This document shows, in pieces, positions 23,219 to 34,448 of a DNA stretch of 44,068 bases. Made by a program: the position numbers and the translations under genes. The stretch lies in contig UYFQ01000235.1 in the NCBI GenBank assembly GCA_900617105.1, forward strand, positions 1 through 44,068, written 5' to 3'. The notes under the pieces were generated by a model. It was not told where the DNA came from, searched no databases, and saw only the letters and a list, made by a program, of their open reading frames with translations. The DNA is from Hydrurus foetidus (taxonomy: Eukaryota). The number at the start of each line of letters is the position of its first letter. Position 1 is the stretch's first letter.

Positions 23219-24171
23219 ATGTCTACGAGTGCCTCTTTCGGTGAAACCAGTGGTGTGGTGATTCCAGCGTACCCGCCGGTCACAGGTGCGATGGTGCGTG
23301 CTTTGGAACACGCAGCGGCGATCGTGGCAGGATACTCTGACGATGAGGGCGAGCAGTTCGCGATGCAGATGGTGTTCTCTATCCCAGCTGCGGACGTTCC
23401 GGCCAACTCGGTGATTGTCATTCCTCTGGACACACCGAAGACGGACGAGGTGCTCAACTTCACGTTCCTGGCATCGTGCAAGTCCATGTACTTCCAGGTC
23501 CACGAGAAACCTCAGACCCGGATGACTTACTGTCACTGCGCCAACTTCTCGGCGGGTACCGTGGATCGACCCATCCCGATTGGAGGTCTAGTCAGGTTTT
23601 CCTCGATGGGTCACTATCTGGTTGCTCAACCACGCTTGCTGCACGCCCTGCATGTTTCATTGGGGCCTGCGGGCGGGGATGCGGCAGGGGTAGAGTCAGT
23701 GAAGCGTCCCTGTATTCACCCACTGGCAGGAGGGGGTGAGCAGGCTGAAGACACGGCCGGTAGAACAAAATTTATGTCCATCGTAGATTTAGATGGAGGC
23801 GAGCACCCAACACGAAACAAGGCGGAACTTCACCAACGTGAGAGAGATTTGCGGTTAACGTACCGCATTATGGATACGGCTAAACAGTGCTGTAGTATTC
23901 GATCCGACGTCACCCTCCAGCCGGACGACTATCGAGGAATGCTATTTGAACAGGGGGACGCACAGGCCGCCGACAGGCATCCTGCGTTCTTATTTTGCAG
24001 CCTTATGAACCGTATTGAGAATCTACCGGTTCTCGGCGAGATCGGTAAACTCACACTGCTGCTTGTTAGTTCAGTCCTCACTGATAACGGTGCTCCGACT
24101 TTGTGCTTGGAAGATTTCGTCTCAGGGGAGAAAATCGCGTCCAAGCCGTCGCCATGCCCATCCAACAACGC
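23219..24171 (+). pseudogene. YR-element copy 2 ORF1, 5' part, interrupted by Gypsy C
   Basis: ORF 23219-24214 is homologous to copy 1 up to PCPSNNA, then runs into the LTR. Confidence 0.88.
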
Positions 24172-24389
24172 TGTAGTCCAAATGAAGCTGGGAAGGTGCA
24201 GAAAGGTAGTTTAGGCTTACAACGAGAAGAGGGTGGGTGAGCTTGCAGAGGTGTAAAACTCTGCATGCAAAGCGTTGCAAGGTAGACTAACAAGCTACGA
24301 GATGTCAGAAGGACTCTCAGCCACATGTACAGACGGCTATACGGTACTACGTAGGGTAGGAATGTGGTACTAAATCCTGTACCATCACA
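24172..24389 (-). repeat. 3' LTR of Gypsy C (218 bp)
   Basis: Direct repeat of 38468-38685 with 2 differences seen; TG...CA termini. Confidence 0.95.
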
Positions 24390-24619
24390 TTACCCCCACT
24401 TACTCCTTTCCGAAATGACCTTAGTCTCGCTTCTCTCTTTTGAACTACTTAATTGTAACTAAGACTAGAAAAAAAATTGAACTAACATCAAAGTAGAAAA
24501 ATACATCAAGAGTGTTAATAATGATGCAAATAACTAGACTAAAAGAGAGTTTGGGACTAGGTCCTCTGCGTGAGTGTCCGTGCATCCGACAGCAGCGGTC
24601 TTGACCGTGTGAGAGCATG

Positions 24620-26594
24620 TCAGGTTTCACTGACTAAAACCGTAAAACCCACGTAGGGCAAAAAAATGGCTAAATTTTGAGCAAAATCTCGCACCGGCAT
24701 ATCTTCGCCACGCAGCTTGTGCGGAACTAGCGCCTTCAGTCCGGCGTTCTTGAGGTAGGTGTGCAGCTGGTCCGTGAGTCTCAGAGCACTCCATGGCTCC
24801 CATGAGTTGTGTTCCTCGCTATAATTAAGCCACTTGACGAGGAAGGTCAACGTGGAGACCTTTCTGGTGTTGCCCTTGTGGGCTGTGATCGCCTCGATAT
24901 AGAATTCCATATAGTCGCGTTGGGCTGAGTCCATGGGTTCGATCCTGGCCGGATCGAAGAGGAACATCTTGAGTTTTGAAGCGTGAATTCTTTTAGTCTT
25001 CTTATAGACGATGTTAAGGAGTACATACTCCGAATCGCGATGGGAAATTACCTCCATCGGACCTTGCCAGCGGGTGTGTAGTCGCGTAGGGGGGCCTGTA
25101 GCGTACTGCGCTAGTACGTGCGAACCGACGGGGAAAACGGTTGGATCCGGCTGATCCGTTAAACGCTGTGCGGCGTGTTCTTGCGCCATTTCTTGGACTG
25201 TCCTGTGCGTCGTATCCTGAGCGTTAATCATGTCAGCCATGATGCGTGAGCCCGGAGTCTTTGATGGAAGGGCTTGTTGAAAGGGCGTGAGGATGCCTCT
25301 GTTCAGATCCAAGCGGTTGCCGAAGAGCAGATTACCCGGTGACACCCCCGTGGAGCCATGAACTGGGCTGTTCATGATCCGTTGGACAAAGGGGAGGCAA
25401 AGCTTGTACTGGTCCATCTCTAGTGTCTCGAACACAAACGAGCGCAAGTGGCGGTTAACGTCCTTGTTGACCCGCTCCACGATGGAGTTCTCCTCCTTTG
25501 AATAGGCCAGTGTGAGGTTGTGCGGTGTTCCAACCGCCAAGAGAAACTTCTCTATGAGTTCGTTTGCAAAATGCGGTCCGCGATCGGAGCGTATCAGATT
25601 GGGAGAACCGAAACGACCGAAGTGTTCCAGGAGACAGCGGCATGCCGATTCCGCCGTGCTGTCCTTGCAGTGGAACAGCTCTGTCCATCTTGAAAATGAG
25701 TCCACGATGACTAGCACGTGTGTGCCGTCGGGGAAGGGACCGATGAAGTCGATATTGAGGACATCGAAAAGTATCTCGCCTGCCGTCGTGAACTTATGTA
25801 CGTTTATTGGAATGCGTACTGCACTCATCTTCTGGCAGCACGGACAGTACCGTACGAATAACCGGACGTGGTTGCGCATGTACGGCCAAGACCGGCCCAT
25901 GAGACCTAGCTTATGCATCGTTCGGTCTACGCCGCCGTGACCGACGCGGAAGTTGTGGGATTGCTCCATCCACTCCGATTCCTCCTCTGAAGCGAGTGGG
26001 CAGGTGGTTACTGCTGCTACAATAAAACCTGGGGCGTCCATGACCCTAGGGGTGTAATCCATGGCGAGTTCCATAAGGTTGGGACACAAGCGTGACAGGG
26101 TGTCTGCCCATTTGTTCTGGGAGTCTGGCACGAAGTGAATCTTGAAATCTAGTTCCTGCATCGCTATGGACCAGCGGGTGACCATAGAGTTTGGGTTGTT
26201 GGTCATATACGTCAGATTTAGGTGATCTGTGTGTATAGTGAACACCCGGTCGCGGAGGAGAGTGTCCATCTGCTGGCAGCAATGGAAGATTGCGTATGCC
26301 TCCTTCTGTATCGTTGACCAACGAGATTGGGTGGCGTTGAAAGACTTGCTGACGAATGATATCGGTCGCCCGCCAAATGTCGTCAACAATCTGGAATAAT
26401 ACACCGCCTATACCGTAGTCGGAGGCGTCCGTATACAGCCGTATAGGTGCGTCACTGTCATCCAGGAAGTGCATGAGCGGGCAATGCGATATGGCTTTAC
26501 ATATAGCTTGGAACGTGTCGGAACTCCCCTGTGTCCACACCAGTGGTGAGTTTTTCTTGCCCTTGTGGTCAATCATATCTTGTAGTGGTTTTAC
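24620..26594 (-). pseudogene. pol: Gypsy C pol 3' part: RNase H, integrase, chromodomain
   Basis: ORFs 26046-26618 (TDASDYG) and 24620-26404 (QKEAYA, GHGG, CPCC, IDFIGP, SDRG, WQGP, FLVKWLNY..NSWEP). Confidence 0.93.
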
Positions 26595-27102
26595 TGTCAG
26601 TCCAGCATATTCATGCATGATCTGTTAGCATAGTTTCATCTGTAGATTAGCATTCACATGTCACAAGTAGTGTAGCGCTTCCTCACCCAAAACACCGCCA
26701 TACACTGTTGTGTACATACGCTCATCGTTCTTCTAGCGATATCCCCCTTCGGGGCCATCACCAAGCATCCGGTTTTTCACCACCAAGCATCCGGATTTCC
26801 ACCAGGTATCCGGTTTCCACCAAGCATCCGATTTCATGAGCAGCGAGGGTTCCGCCCATTGCTCAATCGCCAACTTGAATATTCGCTGAATATGTTTCCA
26901 CTTCGGCGATCACCATTTCATGCACAATGGATGCTTTGCTTTGCTTCTTTGATGGTTGTCTTCTCTGATATCATCGCCAGTTGTTTTACTACTTGATCGT
27001 TGTAAGTAAACACGTCTTCCGAGACCACTTCCATCAGCCAGTCTTTCCTTTGCGCTTCCGCAGCCAACAGGTAGCTCGCTTCACTCCACAGTCTGACTCA
27101 CA
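26595..27102 (+). repeat. 5' LTR of Copia E (508 bp) with four internal ACCAAGCATCCG-like repeats (~26760-26832)
   Basis: No differences from 33936-34443 seen by eye; TG...CA termini. Confidence 0.96.
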
Positions 27103-27114
27103 TGGTAGCGATTG
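27103..27114 (+). promoter_or_regulatory. Primer binding site TGGTAGCGATTG (probably tRNA-iMet)
   Basis: Immediately after the LTR, starts with TGG; the same 12-mer follows the Copia F LTR at 42140; tRNA identity inferred from the TGGTAGC start. Confidence 0.8.
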
Positions 27115-27192
27115 CATAGAAAGTTCAGCAATCATCGATATAGTATCAATATATCAACGGTATCTCATCACAACAGATATCTCAAGTCGGCC

Positions 27193-28971
27193 ATGATGCT
27201 ACGATCGTCCGACAACACAGACCAAAACAACGAGGAATACCATGACCCAACTGGGCTAGAGACTCCCAGCCGCGCCCAGCTGCCGCGCATGCTCTCCATG
27301 ACCCTTGCAGAGTTCGATGAACGTGTCGCCGAGGCCATAAGAGCCCAAACTCAAAATTTGGTCACCAGCTCGACGGCAAATCGGCAAAATCCCTCGACAC
27401 CAAACCGACCTCGACGAGGCTCCCATGCAGAGGAAGCCACGCCACCGCGCCAAACTTCGGCAGAAGTTTCAGCAAGTGGGCTATCATATAATGCCGCGTT
27501 GGAATCCGTTTTGGAGCTCAAACGGCTAAAACTCGATCTCGTTCTGACGACCTCTTCAGAAATGGATAGCATCAAGCAAAACCAGATCACCACAACGACT
27601 GTGGGATCTAACAAGCGCTTCAAAGCTCTTGACAACATGCTCCATGTCGTTGGACTCTACCCAATGGCGATGGGCACGCGTCGCGAGCCAATCCCAACGA
27701 GGCACAACCCATCAGGATACTCGGAGCCTACAACGTCGGAGAATCTTGACGGAACCTTCAATTATGTACCTGCCGACGATGTTACACGATGGGCCCACGA
27801 CAAGAAACGTTTATACAACGTCATGTTGAACGCTTTCAGCGAGTCTACCCACTATTTATGTGCCGATTCCTTTACCTCTCGCGATGGGATCGCTATTTAT
27901 AAACGTATGCACAAGCACTACTACGGACATACTGAAGCAGACATCAACCGACTTAGGCGGCTTCTACAAAACTTCAAGGGCTCCACGGCTACTTGTTTTC
28001 AAGAGGATTTAGTGAGGTTTACAACGTTGATGACAGAATTCGAGTATGCCCAGGCCAGACCGAGCACCGAGCAGGAGCGCCTTCAATTCCTTCACAACGC
28101 CTTCATGAACGACCACCGCCCCAACACCAAATCCTACTTTATGTCCTGCCATAGCAACATGCTCACCTATCACCAAACTTTGGAGAGAGCTGTTGTCTAT
28201 TCCGAGTATGCCCTCCTCCAAGACAAGCCGGTCAAGATAGCTGCCTTGTCCACTACCCCTGAAGCCTGCCGCAAGTTCCTCGCTGGTACCTGCCTTCTCG
28301 GTAACAAGTGCAAGTACTATCATGCTCCTGCTAAGCCACCGGCAGCGACACCTCCCTCTGGCAAAGCACATCCTCCTGCCCCACCTGGATCCGCTCCAGT
28401 CACGGACAAGAACCGGATCAAAGCCAAGGGCAAGTACCCTCCCAAGCAGACCTTCCCAGTGACGAGTATCGATGGCCGCGTCCCTTACCTCAAGAGCAAC
28501 ATCCCCATGAAGCTTCTTACCAACGGACCCAACATCAACCCTGAGGACGGATGGCAGAACAACACGCTTTTGGATAACGCCGAACCCTCCGGGTATGTGC
28601 GCTTCTCCCTCAACATGTTCCGAGTCACCGACACTGACCCAGCACCTCCTCCGGATACACCGTCTAATCCTCCTCTCGAGTTAGCACTTCCGCCAGGACT
28701 CCCTCCATCAGGACACTCACCACTGCGATCTCCAACTCGTCCATCTTCTAATGCCGCCTCTCCCTTAATGCTCCGACCGTACGTACGTTCCGAACATACT
28801 CAACCAGCATCTACCCCAGTACTCCTGGGTACCCCCGACTCCTGTCGCCCCAGAGAATGCTACAGCATGGGACACGCCGCGCCATCAGAACATCTCCTCG
28901 CCAACATATGGGACCCCAATGCAAGAAGAAGTCGATGCCTTCACACGTACCTGGGCCTTCCTCACCAATGA
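27193..28971 (+). CDS. gag: Copia E Gag with CCCH zinc finger; frameshifts into the downstream polyprotein
   Basis: First ATG after the PBS in ORF 27112-28971; DG..Y..HY..G capsid-like segment; CRKFLAGTCLLGNKCKYYH. Confidence 0.78.
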   Translation: MMLRSSDNTDQNNEEYHDPTGLETPSRAQLPRMLSMTLAEFDERVAEAIRAQTQNLVTSSTANRQNPSTPNRPRRGSHAEEATPPRQTSAEVSASGLSYNAALESVLELKRLKLDLVLTTSSEMDSIKQNQITTTTVGSNKRFKALDNMLHVVGLYPMAMGTRREPIPTRHNPSGYSEPTTSENLDGTFNYVPADDVTRWAHDKKRLYNVMLNAFSESTHYLCADSFTSRDGIAIYKRMHKHYYGHTEADINRLRRLLQNFKGSTATCFQEDLVRFTTLMTEFEYAQARPSTEQERLQFLHNAFMNDHRPNTKSYFMSCHSNMLTYHQTLERAVVYSEYALLQDKPVKIAALSTTPEACRKFLAGTCLLGNKCKYYHAPAKPPAATPPSGKAHPPAPPGSAPVTDKNRIKAKGKYPPKQTFPVTSIDGRVPYLKSNIPMKLLTNGPNINPEDGWQNNTLLDNAEPSGYVRFSLNMFRVTDTDPAPPPDTPSNPPLELALPPGLPPSGHSPLRSPTRPSSNAASPLMLRPYVRSEHTQPASTPVLLGTPDSCRPRECYSMGHAAPSEHLLANIWDPNARRSRCLHTYLGLPHQ

Positions 28972-31900
28972 CGAAGTCACCTCCTCCACTGTCTTCCAGG
29001 GTATCTGCCGACAATGCTCCACGTACATCCTTCAGTACTACACTGTGGTCCACCACCGCATTCATCAGCAGCCCCTCTCAGCAAATGACTTCATCATCTA
29101 TGTGAACCGTCCCGCCTTGCCTGGATCCCCTACACCGGCGCCTCATATATACCTCGCTATTTTCGGCTGGGTATCCCCAACCACCCTCAGCAACTGCCGC
29201 GCTGATGTCAGAGACGGATACTCTCGGTATATGAACCTCATCCACAAGATTGCTCGCAACCTGCTGCTCGCCAACACTGAGCCGCCGACTCCACCCAATC
29301 TTGAGTATGACCCAGGGCACTACCGCACCTTCAATCCAACCTTGATTGAAGACATCACCACCTATCAGTCCACAGTCGGGAACATTTTCTTTTACTTCCT
29401 CGTCCACACTGCTCTGTACCTCGACGACCAGATCAGTCCAGACCACATGGCGATATTTGAAAGTGTCCTCATCTATGACTGTGCCTCCTGGGTCGCAGCA
29501 CAGCTTGCCCGATATGCCAATGCACCCGGCAACTCCTGGCACAACATTCCCACTCTTCGCATACTCATGCTCACGGAAGTTGATGCACACGTTGACGGTC
29601 TTATGACACGAACTGGATCGAACGAGTCATTCATCCAAGCCATTCGAGTCGTAATCCAGCATGTCCTACCCGACGCATTTCATGTTACACCCAACAGCCT
29701 CTTCGTCGGACCTGATCCTGTTGAACCCACCGAGTCACACTACCGCACAGTATCTCTCGCCAGGGACCTCGCAGCATCTACAGCCCCACAGAACATACGC
29801 CAAAGATACACTTTGCGGAACTATGAGAGCGATTCAGAATCCTCTGTCGAAGACTCCATCTGTTTCCTCCCGTACAACATGTCCTGTCCAACACATAACA
29901 TCAGTGGCCCTCGATGCGCCCTCTCTTATGTCAACTACCTACATGGAGCCGTCACACGTCTCATGGTCCCTCCATCAGACGCATCCCCATGGGTACCACC
30001 GGACGCATCCATGGAACTTCAGCGGTACAACGCCAGGAAGCGCGGCATCGCATTCCAGAAAGACCAGGCTCAAGGGGACACTAAGCGTCAAGACACTACC
30101 TCGTCCTCGTCAGCATCCTCTTCCGCCTCACCTTCTGCATCGATTCCCACTACGCTTCCGGAGTTCAATACTCCGTTACCACCTGTTCCATCGACACCCT
30201 CTGACCCTCTTACCGGGTCACTCAAACGTTGGCAAGCCGCGCAACCACTTGCATCCGACTCGCCTTTCACTATGCCTCGTGCCCAGCGCCACCGAATGAC
30301 TCCACCAGTCGGATCTCAACGCTCGACAAATGTCCGACATGCCTTCAACAGTACTCGCCCTCCGCTTGCATCAGCTCGCCCTCCTGCACCATCCGGCGGT
30401 ACCTCCGACTCCAAGCTCAACACATTCGTCGTCAAGTCCCAACATGAGAGACTCAACTCGTTCCACGTTCCCGACAAGGTCATCTTCGACTCTGGTGCTT
30501 CACGCTCTGGCACCGGCCGCTCCCAACGTCTTACCAGCATTGAACCTGTCAGCACATCCGTCACAGTCACCCCTGCATTCGGTCCGTCCATGACACCAAC
30601 ACACCAAGGCAGCCTCGGACCGTTGGAGCTTAGCACCCTCCTTCTCCCTGCACTAGGCGACAGCACCCTTGTCTCTGTCTCCCAGTTCTGCGCTGGCGGT
30701 GTCACCAACGACCACTTCATCGGCATCTTCACTCATAAAGACTTCCGCTTCTATGAGACTGCATCAGCCCTTCCCTACATTGCACTGGTAGCTCAGCATG
30801 GAAAGGAGGTCACCCGTGGAACCGTCCAAGACGGCCTCTACGTGGAGACTCCCTACTGACCAACCACTCGGGAGAGTCTTTTGGTCACACACTATACTCC
30901 CGCTTCACTGTACGACCACGTGCATCAAGCCACAGGCCACCCCGGTCTTCCAGGCATGGCATGGCACCGCGATCATTCCCTCAATGCTCGCTTCACCACC
31001 AAAGATGCACACACCTCCCGTCCGGTCTGTCCTGGATGCGCCCATGGCGCCATGCGTCAAGCATCCACAGACTATCGTCGCATTCACAGAGACACAACTA
31101 CCCTCGTCGGCCAGCAGTTCTCCTTGGATGCCTATACCCACTCGACTCCATCATTCCGTAACTACCGTTACACTCACATCCTCACCGACCTCGCGTCGGG
31201 ACAATACTATCCTGTATATACAAAGACCGGTCCGCCTCTGAACTCTGTGCCCGCATTGCAGCCTTCTTCGACCTAACCCCCAATGGAACCACAATACCCC
31301 TGGGGTTGATCGCTTCATCCGGCATGACCCAGAGGCCAACTACCGATCTGAAGAATTTACTGCGCTTTGCGCCCGATACCGATACCGACTTGAGCACACT
31401 GCACCTCGTGACAAACATGCCAACGGCATCGCTGAGCGAGCAGTCGGCATTGTAGCTCTCAAGACCAACGTTGCCATGATAACCCCTGTTCCGCATGTGC
31501 CAATGAAGTTCTGGGACCTTGCAATGTCCTATGCATGTGTTACTCATTCCTTTAACCTTAACAAGCGTATTGGTACTTCTCCGTATCACTTCACTTCTGG
31601 GCAACACGTGGACATCAGGATGCTTCGACCATTCTGGGCACCCTGCTATGTCAAGCACGCACCCAAAGATCAGAAAAGTAAAGTTGGGTCACCTCGTGCC
31701 TACCGTGCTCGGTTCGTTGGTTATAGTTTTACATCTATACTAATACCACAATATTTAGTATTAGAAATACTACCCAAGAACACCTACGGTACTGTTCGAG
31801 TCAGTAAGGATGTCATCTTCGACATGCACAACAACTTCAAGCATGACTCAGATGCACACTTCCCTACCGACGAGGCCTTCGCCCTCATCCCGTCCCTCTA

Positions 31901-33728
31901 CTATACTGATAATGATAATGACCCTATTGTGGTGCCTGAGCGAGTCGACCTACCCGGCCTCCCCTCACCTGCACCCCTTATCGACCCCGACTATATAACC
32001 CCTGTACCTGAGACAGAGCACTCAGTCAACGATGACATGATATACTGGTCCACCTACACCAGTTCTTCCACATGCTTCCCTGTTCACCTCTTCCGTGTCC
32101 TGCACTACAACATAGCAGTCCAAATCAAGGATCCCTACATCCCCAAAGACTTCTGGACCGCAATGCAGTACCCAGAGTGGGAACAGGCCATCAACACTGA
32201 GCGCACAAAGTTTGAAGTCAACAACTGCTTCCGGTCTGTCCCCTTCACCGGCCAGCACCTCGTACCAATGATGTGGCTCTTCAGTATCAAGACTGACGGC
32301 ACCAAGAAGGCCCGCCTCGTAGGTCGTGGTGATCTCATGATACCCTGGGTCGACTTCGACCCCTACGCAGTATACTGCGGTAATGTCAATGCGTCATCGA
32401 TCAAGATTGCACTCGTCATAGCCGCAACCTACAAATTATCCATGCGGGGAGGAGATTTAGTAGGCGCCTACTTAATCACACTCGCTAACCCCGACTTTCC
32501 CGTTCACATCAAGACACCTCAAGGTTACACCACACCTTTTGGCACATGCTTTCAAGCCATTGGCAACCTCTACGGTTTTCCACCAGCAGGCCAGAATTTC
32601 TCAAAGGAATTCGACAAATGTGTACGCGAATGTGGATACGAAAACACACCGTGGGACTTAAAGTTCTTCTTTAAGTGGGTCCAAGGTCAACCCCTGATAC
32701 TGATAGCACACTCAGACGACTTCAGATGGTTCGGACCACTTGCACTCATTAGCGAATGGGATCTCCTCATCGCTACATTCAACTCCCACAAGTATGAAGT
32801 CACCGACGCGACCTCCAAAGAGTTCGTCGGCATCCGCATTACATGCGATGACAACTTCAACTACTACATGGATCAGTCACGCATGATCACATCCATCGTA
32901 TCGGAGGCCAACCTTGCTGGCGCCGCCGATGAGCATCTACCATATCCACCTTCTGGTGAGAGTCTGTCCAAGGCGGACAACTCTACCGATCTCGATAGGC
33001 ACATGTATAATAAGTATCCCTACCGACGGGTAGTTGGTCAACTTATGTACGGAATGGTACACACATTGATTACAATCATGTACGCTCTCAACATACTATC
33101 AAGATATAGTAACAGTCCAGGTGCACGACACATCAAGTTCCTTAAGCACTTACTTCGATATGTCAAGTACGCCAAGATGGATAGACTGAAATTCACCACA
33201 CACGACGGTCCCACCGACATCGCTACGATGACCAGTCTACTGCAGTTGAAGTTCCAATGCGACGCCGACCTCGCCGGTAACAAAGACAACCGTCACTCCC
33301 AGACCTCCTACATTGGCTACCTCGCCGACAATGTCATCTGCTGGAAGAGTACCGACCAAGGCAGCATCTCATCATCAACTGCGGAATCCGAAATCAAGGC
33401 AGTTAATCACGCACTAAAATCCGATGTCATTCCCCTCCGGGGCATACTAAACCACATGGGATGGACACAAGCTCCTACAGTCATCGAAGAAGACAATTCT
33501 GCTTGTGTTGATGCTTCAAATCATACACACATGACCAAGAACCTTCGTCACATTGACCTGAGCGAAAACTACTTTAAGGACAAAGTCGCCGATGGTACCT
33601 GTGTCATTGTTAAAATCCCTTCGGGCGAAAACAACTCAGACATAGGTACGAAAAGAGTTCCACTACCACTTTTCGAATACCTAACGCACAGGCTCGTTGA
33701 CAAGTCTTTACGAACTAATATTAAATAA
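28919..33728 (+). pseudogene. pol: Copia E pol: uncharacterised region, protease, integrase, RT, RNase H (frameshifted)
   Basis: IFDSGAS (PR), HQATGH..CPGC (HHCC), FSLD..RHD..AERAV (INT), KARLVGRG, NLYG, HSDD (RT), CDADLAG, SSTAESE, EDNSAC, RHID, DIGTK (RH). Confidence 0.93.
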
Positions 33729-33935
33729 CATAAATACTTAATATCCATATTTCTAACATACGTATTAATTTTACTATCTTATATGAGTGCACGCATATAT
33801 TATAACTAACTTTTTACACTTTTTGCCAAATCTCTCGTACGGGGAGTACATCCTCAGTACGGGGAGTATATATACACATATCATTCATTTCGATACTCTC
33901 AATAACACGTTCAGCTACATCTTCACTACGGGGAG

Positions 33936-34443
33936 TGTCAGTCCAGCATATTCATGCATGATCTGTTAGCATAGTTTCATCTGTAGATTAGCATTCACAT
34001 GTCACAAGTAGTGTAGCGCTTCCTCACCCAAAACACCGCCATACACTGTTGTGTACATACGCTCATCGTTCTTCTAGCGATATCCCCCTTCGGGGCCATC
34101 ACCAAGCATCCGGTTTTTCACCACCAAGCATCCGGATTTCCACCAGGTATCCGGTTTCCACCAAGCATCCGATTTCATGAGCAGCGAGGGTTCCGCCCAT
34201 TGCTCAATCGCCAACTTGAATATTCGCTGAATATGTTTCCACTTCGGCGATCACCATTTCATGCACAATGGATGCTTTGCTTTGCTTCTTTGATGGTTGT
34301 CTTCTCTGATATCATCGCCAGTTGTTTTACTACTTGATCGTTGTAAGTAAACACGTCTTCCGAGACCACTTCCATCAGCCAGTCTTTCCTTTGCGCTTCC
34401 GCAGCCAACAGGTAGCTCGCTTCACTCCACAGTCTGACTCACA
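33936..34443 (+). repeat. 3' LTR of Copia E
   Basis: Direct repeat of 26595-27102, preceded by PPT ACGGGGAG. Confidence 0.96.
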
Positions 34444-34448
34444 TTTAC

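Larger units (their letters stand above)
26595..34443 (+). mobile_element. Ty1/Copia retrotransposon E, full length
   Basis: 508-bp LTRs, 5-bp TSD TTTAC (26590-26594 / 34444-34448), PBS, gag-PR-INT-RT-RH order, PPT. Confidence 0.96.

Noticed and set aside
26760..26832. Short repeats in the Copia E LTR considered as a CRISPR-like array
   Set aside because: Repeats are ~12-20 bp with no unique spacers, lie in a eukaryotic LTR, and no cas genes are present
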